Origin: Cyanidioschyzon merolae
Lineage: Eukaryota
Assembly (NCBI GenBank): GCA_000091205.1
Contig: AP006492.2
Length of the DNA stretch: 64,000 nt
Direction: 5' to 3' (one strand)
Notes under the pieces: generated by a model
What the model saw: the letters and a program-made list of their open reading frames with translations, nothing else
Told to the model about the DNA's origin: nothing
The model's database searches: none
Shown: in pieces, positions 55,378 to 64,000 of the stretch
How positions within the stretch are numbered: the stretch's first letter is position 1
Layout: each line of letters opens with the position of its first letter
Made by a program: the position numbers and the translations under genes

Positions 55378-56859
55378 ATGCCGTTGGCGGCTTTTTCTGG
55401 TGTGCTTAGGGTTCCCGGTTGTCTCCGCTGCTGTGCGCGCTGGACACGAACCATAGACGAGTGCGTCTTTGTAAGGCGCTGCCGCTCGAGCAGAACTCCT
55501 TTGACACCCCTGCGGCCACTGGGGTGTGTTCGTCAGCAGGAGTCACATCAGCGACTGCAGGCTAGTCAAGACGTTCCAGAGCTGGTGCAGACGAGCGCGG
55601 AGGCGGCTGGAGCGGGACTCGTAGCTGCGGGGGCGTCGCGGTTGGCACCACCGCTGGTGCAGTGGCCGCAAGACACACCCCGAGCGCTGCTTCAGTATGT
55701 GAAACGAGAGGTGCTCGCTGTTGTGCCAGAACCAGACTTGTCGGCTGAGTACCTCTTCATGGAAGCGCTGAGACGGGCACAGTCCAGTGTTCAGATGCAG
55801 CACCAGCTGAAGCAGCTGCGGCAGCTGCGATACCAGCACCAGAGGTATGCAGCGCTCGGACTTGACGCTTCTCAGCGCGACTGGCTGGATGTTCTTCTGA
55901 TTCCGCCGCCATTGACCCTTCCAGCGTTCAGAGCTGCTGTGAATGCTTCGGGGAAGTTTTCGCCTGCGCGCCAGACAGTGCGAGAGGAGCAACATCCAGC
56001 GATGCATTGGGTAGAGACACTACGCGACGCTATTCGGGCCGAGTATCGAGAGCTTTGTATTCGTAGGCTTTCGCGAGAGCCCGTCCAATACATATGTGGT
56101 TCGTGGGCATTCCACTGCATCGAGTTGCTTCTACAGCCTCCTGTTCTGATCCCGCGACCCGAAACCGAGGAGCTCGTGGAGCATGTGCTGCGCAGCGACT
56201 GGGCCCAACGCGCACGAGCAGGTGAATCCCTGCGCCTTTTGGATATTGGGTGCGGCAGTGGAGCGATTGTGCTCGCGTTGTTGGCGAGTCTGCGGAACAC
56301 GAATGTAGCTGCAGTTGCCATTGATCCCAATGAAACTGCGGTTTGGATAACCGCGGAGAATGCACGTCGCCTTGGTGTTGCGCTCTACGCAGAGCGCGGC
56401 GATGCGGAGACGCTGCATCCATTCCTGCGTATCCTTCGGTGCGATATTCAGACATTCAAGTCGGATTTGCTGACGCAAGCTCGAGCGATGCGCGATAGCG
56501 GTGAACACGAGTTCACCTACGACCTCATTGTATCGAATCCACCCTATGTATTGCCTGGTGACATGGCGACGCTTGCGCCAGAGATTCGCGACTTTGAAGA
56601 CCCTGCAGCGTTATCGGGTCTTGATGAAGATGGCATGCGTATCATCCGAGCGATTTTGAAAGCGTGTGCTGAAGCGCCCAGTTTGCTGGCGCCTGGCGGT
56701 GAGCTGTGGATGGAGGTGGACCCCTCGCAACCGCCAAAGATTGCTTCATTGCTCGCAGCGACTGCGAGTGCTGCTTCTTCCGTTACGTTGGAACTAGTCG
56801 ATGTGAAGCGGGATCTTTCGGGGCATGAGCGCTTTGTGCACATCCGACGGCCACGTTGA
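55378..56859 (+). CDS. HEMK: Release-factor glutamine N5-methyltransferase HemK/MTQ1-like, with long N-terminal extension
   Basis: LLQPPVLIPRPETEELVEHVL, LDIGCGSGAI (SAM motif I) and the NPPY catalytic motif (DLIVSNPPYV). Long R/S-rich N-terminus suggests organellar targeting. First in-frame ATG at 55378; the track start at 55324 is GTG. Confidence 0.8.
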   Translation: MPLAAFSGVLRVPGCLRCCARWTRTIDECVFVRRCRSSRTPLTPLRPLGCVRQQESHQRLQASQDVPELVQTSAEAAGAGLVAAGASRLAPPLVQWPQDTPRALLQYVKREVLAVVPEPDLSAEYLFMEALRRAQSSVQMQHQLKQLRQLRYQHQRYAALGLDASQRDWLDVLLIPPPLTLPAFRAAVNASGKFSPARQTVREEQHPAMHWVETLRDAIRAEYRELCIRRLSREPVQYICGSWAFHCIELLLQPPVLIPRPETEELVEHVLRSDWAQRARAGESLRLLDIGCGSGAIVLALLASLRNTNVAAVAIDPNETAVWITAENARRLGVALYAERGDAETLHPFLRILRCDIQTFKSDLLTQARAMRDSGEHEFTYDLIVSNPPYVLPGDMATLAPEIRDFEDPAALSGLDEDGMRIIRAILKACAEAPSLLAPGGELWMEVDPSQPPKIASLLAATASAASSVTLELVDVKRDLSGHERFVHIRRPR

Positions 56860-57299
56860 GTGCCTGGCCTCCATTACGCAGGCTGGTGGGTCGCAGCGCG
56901 CGAACACGGCACTAGCGTGCCCCCTGTGCAGGCAGCTTGCTGTGCGACCCAGCCTGCACGATACCTCGGCAATGAGCTCGCTAACGCACAAGGATTGGCC
57001 CTGTTGGTTGTTCTTTCCTGAGCAGACAAGCATCCCGTAACATCAACGTTGGGGAAATTGCTAGCGCTCGATTCAGAGCCCGAATCAGAGCCCTTGAACA
57101 GTATCATGAAGCATGTGGTCGCCCTGCGCTTGAACACGCCGATGACTCCACAGTTCCTAGACGAGACCTGCTGTTGCGTAGACGCTCTCGAAATCGCCCT
57201 GCAGCTGCCACGCTCAGCAGCATACACCAGAAAGCTCGGCTTCAGCTCCTGATTCGGCATCATCTTTGCATGAAGGTTTTGCAAATACTCGTGGAAAGC

Positions 57300-57325
57300 C
57301 GCGGCGGCGGCGGCGGCGGCGGCGA
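57300..57325. repeat. (GGC)n microsatellite, about 8 units
   Basis: gcggcggcggcggcggcggcggcg in the 3' intergenic region between the HemK and kinase genes. Confidence 0.85.
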
Positions 57326-57544
57326 GAATGCCTGGACCCAGAGCGCATCTCTGCGTCTGGCGCTGTATTCCCCACGAAGGCCGTTATCTCGCCAGCAAAA
57401 GGTGCTTGGAGCCTGCGTCTCGCTCAGCAATAGCGTATGATTCGCATTCGATATACCCAGAACAAGACGGTTCGAAAGCCGTCGCTGCATGTCGCGGAGG
57501 TTTCGCTCACGCAAGCGGGAGTCTTCGCGCGTGCGCTTCTGCGC

Positions 57545-58459
57545 TCAAGGACAGGACGACCAGTTACTGGCGAGGAAGCCTGCTTCTCGAAGCAAACGCT
57601 GTACGGATGTGACGATGTGATCGACAGGCTGGTCCGCAGATACGCAATACTGGCGATCTGCTGGAAGTCGTTGGCGAAGCGGCAGCGTCTCCTGCACGTA
57701 TACCTTAAAGCGTCGTTTGAGCGTTGGCGTGAGGTCATCGTTGCGATGGCGTTGCTGAGCGCGCCGCAGTGCTACGCTGAAAGGCAGGTCTAACCAAAGG
57801 AGCACGAAGCACGGATACGCGGTGAGGGTCCGCTGAACGCTCGTTTCGAAGGCCTGCCAATTCTCGTGGTTTCTGGGGAACCCATCGACGATAACCGTCC
57901 GCTGGTCTGAGCTTGTCGACGTGCTCCAACAGCGTTCCAAAGCGCTGTTCAGCAGCGTTGCTGTGATCTCGCTGGGAGCGATGCGATCACCGACGAGCAG
58001 CAGATTCTCCAGTTCTCGCGACTGGTCAGCCGTCACCAGTGGACTTGTGCCGGAGGCAGCTTCGCGGAGTAGGTCACCGACGTTTAAGTGTCGCCAATTG
58101 TGCAGCTCAGAGAGCTTCTTCGCAAGGGTGCTCTTCCCTGCCCCTGGCGCTCCGAGCAGGAATAAAAGTCTCAGAGACTGGGCGCAAGTCATGGGGAACG
58201 CGCCAAACGGCAACTCTTGTCCTGGAACTGCAACAGCACCGAGCGCTCTACGAGACTCGCTCTGCGAGAGCCTAGTTGCAGGCCGGCTGAGGTAGTTTGC
58301 TGGGGGCAACGGGTGATCTACTCCAAAGCGCGTGATCGGTAGGTTTTGCTGGCCTCCTGGCACCGGTTTACGCCGAAGCATCCCATGAAATGCTCCGTTC
58401 AACGGCACAAAGGCAATGCGAGCGTGCAGTGGAGCACACTCGCACTGCCTGCTCTGCAT
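57545..58459 (-). CDS. UMP-CMP kinase/adenylate kinase family protein with N-terminal extension
   Basis: P-loop LLFLLGAPGAGKST, NMP-binding region, VIVDGFPRNHENWQAF (GFPR motif) and LID arginines RRAQQRHRNDD. ATG at 58457-58459. An alternative start MTCAQSL lies 10 aa before the P-loop. Confidence 0.7.
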   Translation of the reverse strand: MQSRQCECAPLHARIAFVPLNGAFHGMLRRKPVPGGQQNLPITRFGVDHPLPPANYLSRPATRLSQSESRRALGAVAVPGQELPFGAFPMTCAQSLRLLFLLGAPGAGKSTLAKKLSELHNWRHLNVGDLLREAASGTSPLVTADQSRELENLLLVGDRIAPSEITATLLNSALERCWSTSTSSDQRTVIVDGFPRNHENWQAFETSVQRTLTAYPCFVLLWLDLPFSVALRRAQQRHRNDDLTPTLKRRFKVYVQETLPLRQRLPADRQYCVSADQPVDHIVTSVQRLLREAGFLASNWSSCP

Positions 58460-58892
58460 TGCCTGTATCTTAGACGCATGCCTTGGTGGTGGCGATTGGG
58501 ATGCTCAGAGCTATACGGGGTGCTTATTCGACGGACACTGTCGATCCATTTGGAAGAAATCCATTTGTTCGATGTACGCTTAAGAGCATCCGATCGGACG
58601 CTGAGCGTAAATTCGTACGAGGATCGTTTCCATGTTGCACAGGCTTCTCGCTGGAAGCATCATGTATCGCCACAGTGATGTAGCGCTTTTGAAGGAGCAC
58701 AGATTTCCTCTCTGATAATCAGCAGCGCTTGCCCGTCATCGTAGCGACTCGAAATGGATTCTGTGACCTTATCCGATACAAAGAAGCATTGCCACCGAAT
58801 AGCGGTACATGCGTTGTCCGTGCATGACAATCTTGTTCGATGAAATTGGAGCGGATTGAATCAGCGAACACAACAGTATACGCTAGAGTTCG

Positions 58893-58950
58893 GATCTCTT
58901 CTAATTGCCATGAACGCGAGCCTTTGCATTCTTTTTTCTTTCAGATTGCG
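58893..58950. repeat. Dispersed repeat family, short diverged copy C (core only)
   Basis: TCTTCTAATTgcCAtgAaCGcGAG..CcTTTGCATTCTTttttcTTTC resembles the A/B core TCTTCTAATT..ACGAG..GCATtCTTC..TTTCTTTC. Confidence 0.3.
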
Positions 58951-59204
58951 AACGATGGATCTGGAGGCAGAGGAAAGACCGGCGTGTTTCGAGCAGGACA
59001 CATGAGAGCGATGAAAAGGAATAAGTCACAAAAAATCCCCCAAAATGCTGATGCTGATCACAGTCGTAGCAGACCTAAACCTCAGTATGTACACCCGAGT
59101 TAGGCAAGTAAACGCTTCTCCAATTAATGCTGAAGTTATTGAAGAAATCCATGATCATCATAGCGCAGGCTGCACGGCAGTCGCTCCGGCATGATCCGTG
59201 CGTT

Positions 59205-59205
<1 letters not shown>

Positions 59206-59243
<38 letters not shown>
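59206..59243. repeat. (ACGC)n tetranucleotide microsatellite, about 9 units
   Basis: cacgcacgcacgc... in the divergent intergenic region between the kinase and SNF2 genes. Confidence 0.9.
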
Positions 59244-59474
59244 TTGGTAACGAGCTGTACATTTGGCGGGTTTTCTATCGGTATCGGCAAGCAAGGCTGG
59301 AGCAGCGTTCGAGCGCCTCTAGCGTTGTTGTCAGACTTGCATGCCTGTTTTGGGGGAGGCTCCAAATTCTAGTTTTCCTCGCACTTCGGTACCCAGAGGA
59401 GCTGTTGACAGCGTACATAGCTCTTGTGGACTGCCAGGAAGCGCGAAACGGGGGCACTAGCGTTAGGTTTCACC

Positions 59475-62024
59475 ATGGTTGACGTTGAGAAGACTGCGCG
59501 TACCGGAGACTCCGTCGACAGCGGCAGAGACGAGTCACGCAAGGAAGACGACGTTCTTGTCAAGCGGAGTGAACAAGATCAGGTCTCATTAACGGAAGAC
59601 GGACTGGTGGCGTCATATCCCGTAGGCGAGTGCTCTGAAAGAGACAACGGCGGCGGCGACACGGGAGACTGTTCGGTAACGGACCAGGGCGATCTCGAGG
59701 CCGGCACCAACAGCGCCACGCAAGCCGTAAAACGCCGAAGGTATGAGCATCTGGAGAGGCTGCTAAAAGCTGCCACTCTGTATACCAGTGTACTTTCAGA
59801 ACAGATTCGGCAACAGCAGGAACAGTATCGGCGGCGCGCGCATCAGCAGACCAGCACCCCTCACAACGAGCGCTCGAGCAAGCCCGGAAGCACCGCAGGC
59901 GAGAAGAAACTAAAAACACTCGTTGAAACTGCAGACAGAGAGCAGGTTGACGTGCGTCGGACGGAAGCGCGGGATGCCGGCGCGTTGCAGTTGCAAGAAT
60001 TTACCGGCGGTGTTCTCCGAGATTACCAGCTCGCCGGCCTCGAGTGGTTGGTTTCTCTCTATGAAAATGGCATCAATGGTATCCTAGCAGATGAAATGGG
60101 GTTGGGGAAGACGATTCAGTGTATTGCTTTGATCTGCCATCTCCGTGAAATGGGGGTTCAAGGCCCCTTCCTTATTGTAGGACCCCTGACTGTACTGCCG
60201 AACTGGATTTCCGAATTCCAACGCTTTGCGCCCAGTGTGTACGCCCTGCTTTATCACGGGACGAAGAGCGAACGCCAGTTACTTCGCAAACGGCACCTGA
60301 GTACACGCAACGGTGCATCAAACATGCCCGTCGTCATTACCAGCTACGAAATCGTCATGCGCGATCGAGTCTACCTCAGCAAATATCACTGGGCATACAT
60401 CATTATCGATGAAGGTCATCGTATCAAAAACATGGACTGCCAGCTGCTGCGAGAGCTCCAAAGTTACACTTCAGCGAATCGCTTGTTGATAACCGGCACA
60501 CCGCTGCAGAACAACCTGGATGAACTGTGGTCGCTGCTCCACTTTCTAATGCCTGACATTTTCGACTCAGTTGAGCTCTTCCGAGAATGGTTCGATTTTG
60601 GGAATGATATCGCGGCTGGTGCCCTCGAAAGACAACAAGAGGACGCCATCGTGTCGAAGCTGCATATGATCCTGCGTCCATTCATGCTTCGCAGACTAAA
60701 AAGCGATGTGGAGAAAAAAATGCCGAAGAAACGCGAAATCTACTTGTTCGCTCCGTTAAGCGCCCTGCAGCGAGAGTACTACATGGCTATCATGCAGGAT
60801 AGGATCCATGAGCTTTTGAACGCCCGCTATGGTCGCGAATATACGCGCCCGCTCACCTTGCGCAACAAGTTCATGCAGTTGCGCAAAGTATGCTGCCATC
60901 CGTACCTGATCGCTGAGCCCGAGGAGAACTTCACTGATGGCGCCTACCCGATCACTGATGAGCGACTCGTTCACGCAGCTGGGAAGCTGGCCCTGGCTGA
61001 TCGCCTGCTACCTCGTCTTCGAGCGCGAGGCCACAAAGTGCTACTTTATTCACAGTTCACCTCGATGCTCAATATTCTGGAAGATTATCTGCAACTGCGT
61101 GGCCACAAATACGCTCGCATCGATGGTTCGGTGAAATTTGAGGATCGCATTCGGCAGATGGAGGCGTTCAACTCTCCCGATTCGGAGATCTTCATTTTCT
61201 TAATGAGCACACGAGCCGGTGGACTTGGACTCAACCTCCAAGCCGCCGACACGGTGATCTTCTACGACAGCGACCCGAACCCGCAAATGGACCTGCAGGC
61301 CATGGACCGTTGCCATCGAATTGGCCAACGCAAACCGGTGCACGTGTATCGTCTGGTCACACCCAACTCAGTCGAGGAGCGCATGCTGAACCGAGCTGTA
61401 GAGAAGCGTAAGCTTGAGCGGCTCGTTGTGACCCGCGGTCACTTTTACTGCGATGCAACCCATGCGTCGCTGCAGGCACCGTCCGCGCCGTCAGCGTCGA
61501 ACGCAGGTCCATCGACGACTCCCGATGAGAATCGAAATCCCAGCCAGACGGTATCCAGTTTTGATGAAGCATTGGTGCAGAAACTGAGCGCACTGGAGGA
61601 GAACCTTCTCGACCTGGATACCATCGCGTCCAAGGAACAAGTAGAGCGGATTTTGGAAGAGCTGGTGAACTTTGTCCCGGCCGAGGCTGAGTACGGCAAT
61701 GGAGGTCAGATCACCGACGCAGACCTCGATGCGTTGATGGATCGGGAGGAAATGATCGATCAGGAGGCCGAGTCGCATGCGGATGCCGAATCGCTACCTT
61801 TGCAGGAATCAGCATCCACGCAAGCATCGCAAACGAGTCGCTCGTGTCGTCGGAAACGCGCAGCTATGGACGCGAATGAGGCAGCTCCTCTGAACCTGAG
61901 CGAGACGACCGACGCTGATGGTATCCAGACGAAGACAGATGCAGTTGTGTTTCGGCGTCAGATCGCCCAGGGTCGCGGTTACCAGATTTTCGAGTCCGGT
62001 GGCGAATCGAAACTCTTTCAATGA
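59475..62024 (+). CDS. SNF2-family chromatin-remodelling ATPase, DDM1/HELLS(LSH)-like subfamily
   Basis: LRDYQLAGLEWLVSLYENGINGILADEMGLGKTIQCIALICHL...FLIVGPLTVLPNWISEFQRF...IIDEGHRIKN...LLITGTPLQNNLDELWSLLHFLMP matches HELLS/DDM1 nearly motif for motif. C-terminal helicase domain (LYSQFT, DGS...R, RAGGLGLNL, DSDPNPQMDLQAMDRCHRIGQ). First in-frame ATG at 59475. Confidence 0.9.
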   Translation: MVDVEKTARTGDSVDSGRDESRKEDDVLVKRSEQDQVSLTEDGLVASYPVGECSERDNGGGDTGDCSVTDQGDLEAGTNSATQAVKRRRYEHLERLLKAATLYTSVLSEQIRQQQEQYRRRAHQQTSTPHNERSSKPGSTAGEKKLKTLVETADREQVDVRRTEARDAGALQLQEFTGGVLRDYQLAGLEWLVSLYENGINGILADEMGLGKTIQCIALICHLREMGVQGPFLIVGPLTVLPNWISEFQRFAPSVYALLYHGTKSERQLLRKRHLSTRNGASNMPVVITSYEIVMRDRVYLSKYHWAYIIIDEGHRIKNMDCQLLRELQSYTSANRLLITGTPLQNNLDELWSLLHFLMPDIFDSVELFREWFDFGNDIAAGALERQQEDAIVSKLHMILRPFMLRRLKSDVEKKMPKKREIYLFAPLSALQREYYMAIMQDRIHELLNARYGREYTRPLTLRNKFMQLRKVCCHPYLIAEPEENFTDGAYPITDERLVHAAGKLALADRLLPRLRARGHKVLLYSQFTSMLNILEDYLQLRGHKYARIDGSVKFEDRIRQMEAFNSPDSEIFIFLMSTRAGGLGLNLQAADTVIFYDSDPNPQMDLQAMDRCHRIGQRKPVHVYRLVTPNSVEERMLNRAVEKRKLERLVVTRGHFYCDATHASLQAPSAPSASNAGPSTTPDENRNPSQTVSSFDEALVQKLSALEENLLDLDTIASKEQVERILEELVNFVPAEAEYGNGGQITDADLDALMDREEMIDQEAESHADAESLPLQESASTQASQTSRSCRRKRAAMDANEAAPLNLSETTDADGIQTKTDAVVFRRQIAQGRGYQIFESGGESKLFQ

Positions 62025-64000
62025 CCCCTTTTTGTCTTTCGCTCGCTCTTTCTGTGTATTTGTGTTTGCGGGTAGCAAGTGCAGGAACCGACGACTCAAG
62101 GGCGCGGGATGACCGTCAAAGACCTGCGCTGCGCTCTATGTTGCGTACCCGTTCCAGCGTGTGAGCGTCGTCGTAAAAATCGCATGTCGCTGCAAATATG
62201 TCTGAAACGACTGCGCTGCTCTTCGTTCGTATGGTAGAGGATCGATGCATCCAGTCGGATTTCGCTGGTTACGCCAGCGCTATCCGTATACAGACATGAG
62301 CCAGCTCAGCGCTTCTGAAGATGCTTCTGTGTACCACGTGGTCGAGTTTCGTATGCTCCGGGCGTGCGCTTCTCGGTTTATGGAGCAAACCCCTGGCTCC
62401 GCTGATGATCACGCGTGCGAGGTCGCAGGCGTCACGCCTCTACAGCGACGGTTCATACAAACGGAAGACTGACGTACTTGGAGTATGCTTGGATTTCGGT
62501 CATGTCACACTTGGTTTGGATGAGCGGGCTCGTTATTCAACGTGCATGCATAAGGGGTCAAGGATCCATATATGGTTTTAGAATTGTTCTGGTCGTGTTT
62601 CCGGAGTGGTGGAATTCGACGATTTGCATCAGAATGCGAGACATCACGGTTATCAAAATGGTTTGCGACGTGCTCGAGCCAGGGTTCCTAAAACGATCGA
62701 TATGGTTATGCACTTTATGTATGTGCGGATCTTGATTCTTCGGCTTTTCTCGCGCGTAGCATGCCCAAATGACGCACTTTTGAACGTTTCGATTCTGCTT
62801 CGGTTTCAGCGCATCGATGAGGAAAAAATACTCGATGTCGTCCCTTGACAACTTGTTCTCAAGAGCATTCCGAAAGCCCCTGCCCCGCAACATACACCCT
62901 TCAATAATCCGTTTCGTTTAAGAGACCTCTGCCCTGTGTTTGTGTTCATCGGGGACACGGCATTCGCCAGCACCATGATACTTATTGCCGCACATGCACC
63001 CAGAGGCTGCTGTCCTTCTGGTTTCATGAAGATAGGTCGCGGACTTGGGTCATTGCGGAGATCGCTTCCAGCGGAGCGTGCGTCACTGCTTTGCAAGAAG
63101 CGAGCAGACGCGAAGCGAAATTTTCGGACTTGTTCTCGAGCCTGGATTCCCCTGCCGATGCTCGTTTGGTTACGGATGATACCGTGCGCCACAGGTCCTC
63201 GATCGAATGGGACAGCTTACTCACCTGGGAGTCGCCCGAAACAATCCCACCGTTGAAGGGTGCTCCACGAGGCCCGGAACCGGAAAACGGTATCAACGGG
63301 AGGCTTCTGTACCCGTCAGGGGCATGTAGCGAGCGACGAATCAGGCGTAGACGCTCCACAGGGCGACACTCAGAGCAGGACCAGAACGGTGAGGAAATCT
63401 CGCAGGCACACTGGAAAACCTAACCACAGTCAAGTATTGTGGCTGCGAAGGGCGCACCGCACCCGTATGCGAAGAAAATGAACATGCTAAGCGAAACATA
63501 GATCTCGGCTTCTGCATGTGCATCAAACAAGTCGACAACTGCCAGAAGCCACGAAATCGGGACTCTATGCTGCCATGAGAGTCGCTCGAGTGGCGACGAT
63601 GGATCCACATTGGAAATGAGAGTAGGTGTGTTGAAATCCTTAAATATCTGAGCGGTATTGGACATAATCGTGGAGAAAATCCGACAAGGCTGGCGTTGAT
63701 GATAACGGAAAGAGACTCAAACATATTCGAAAACGTATGTTTTGGTTGTCCGTTTGCAATTGACTCTAACAAGGATGGAAAAGGCTGCAGTGATGAAGGC
63801 TCTACTCGCAGCGGGTACGCGTTCCTGTCTGAAGCCAGTGACACGCAAATGCGTACGTAGAAGCGCGTAGCGCCTTTCGAGGAATCCATCCTCCACCATT
63901 AGAAATGCCTCGATGTGCACTGGAGGTCTGGATAAACCGCGAGATGCCTAGATGTTGCTCCACACAACGCTGTCCGTGATCCGTGGATAAACCTCAGGCG

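Noticed and set aside
1-64000. A prokaryotic or organellar origin for the window, with operons, given the bacterial-style ORF track.
   Set aside because: The gene content is eukaryotic nuclear: 26S proteasome Rpt2 with a myristoylation-type MGNGQS start, CBP80, DPH5, URM1, DDM1/HELLS, YL1, and a nuclear-encoded NDUFV1 with a presequence. Genes alternate strands with individual spacers. No rRNA or organellar gene set is present.

Overview
This window is a eukaryotic nuclear segment. GC is about 55-60% in the gene blocks and falls to about 45-50% in several gene-free islands. Genes are compact and apparently intron-poor: every conserved gene reads as a single uninterrupted ORF. Third codon positions are only moderately GC-enriched, so many antisense ORFs in the supplied track are compositional artefacts. 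The ORF track also uses GTG/TTG/CTG as starts, so I re-anchored most genes to the first in-frame ATG. Recognisable genes on both strands: URM1, a SET-domain (LSMT/SETD3-like) methyltransferase with a poly-Q tract, a Zc3h12a-type NYN RNase, diphthine synthase DPH5, a thylakoid-lumen-type pentapeptide-repeat protein, a TauE/SafE-family membrane protein, complex I 51 kDa subunit NDUFV1, 26S proteasome ATPase Rpt2, a CbbY-like HAD phosphatase, nuclear cap-binding protein CBP80, standalone tryptophan synthase beta with a transit-peptide-like extension, a two-pore-type K+ channel, a YL1/VPS72-like protein, a HemK/MTQ1 glutamine methyltransferase, a UMP-CMP/adenylate kinase and a DDM1/HELLS-like SNF2 ATPase. 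Several long ORFs (862, 761 and 419 aa) have no recognisable domain. The main non-housekeeping finding is a disrupted Fanzor/TnpB-like gene (eukaryotic OMEGA RNA-guided nuclease family) at about 41.8-44.0 kb on the minus strand. It carries RuvC-I (GADPGNTN), a ...VDEFRTT... segment and RuvC-III (NRDFNAAVSI) motifs and lies inside a lower-GC island about 25 bp upstream of trpB. A second relic, a Tc1/mariner (IS630-family) DDE transposase with the LPPYSP-type signature, lies at about 53.9-54.4 kb. A diverged dispersed repeat family of about 450 bp has at least three copies, and several micro- and minisatellites are present. The transit-peptide-like extensions on trpB, the CbbY-like protein and the pentapeptide protein suggest, as inference only, a plastid-bearing unicellular eukaryote (alga-like). 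No rRNA, confident tRNA or CRISPR array was found.
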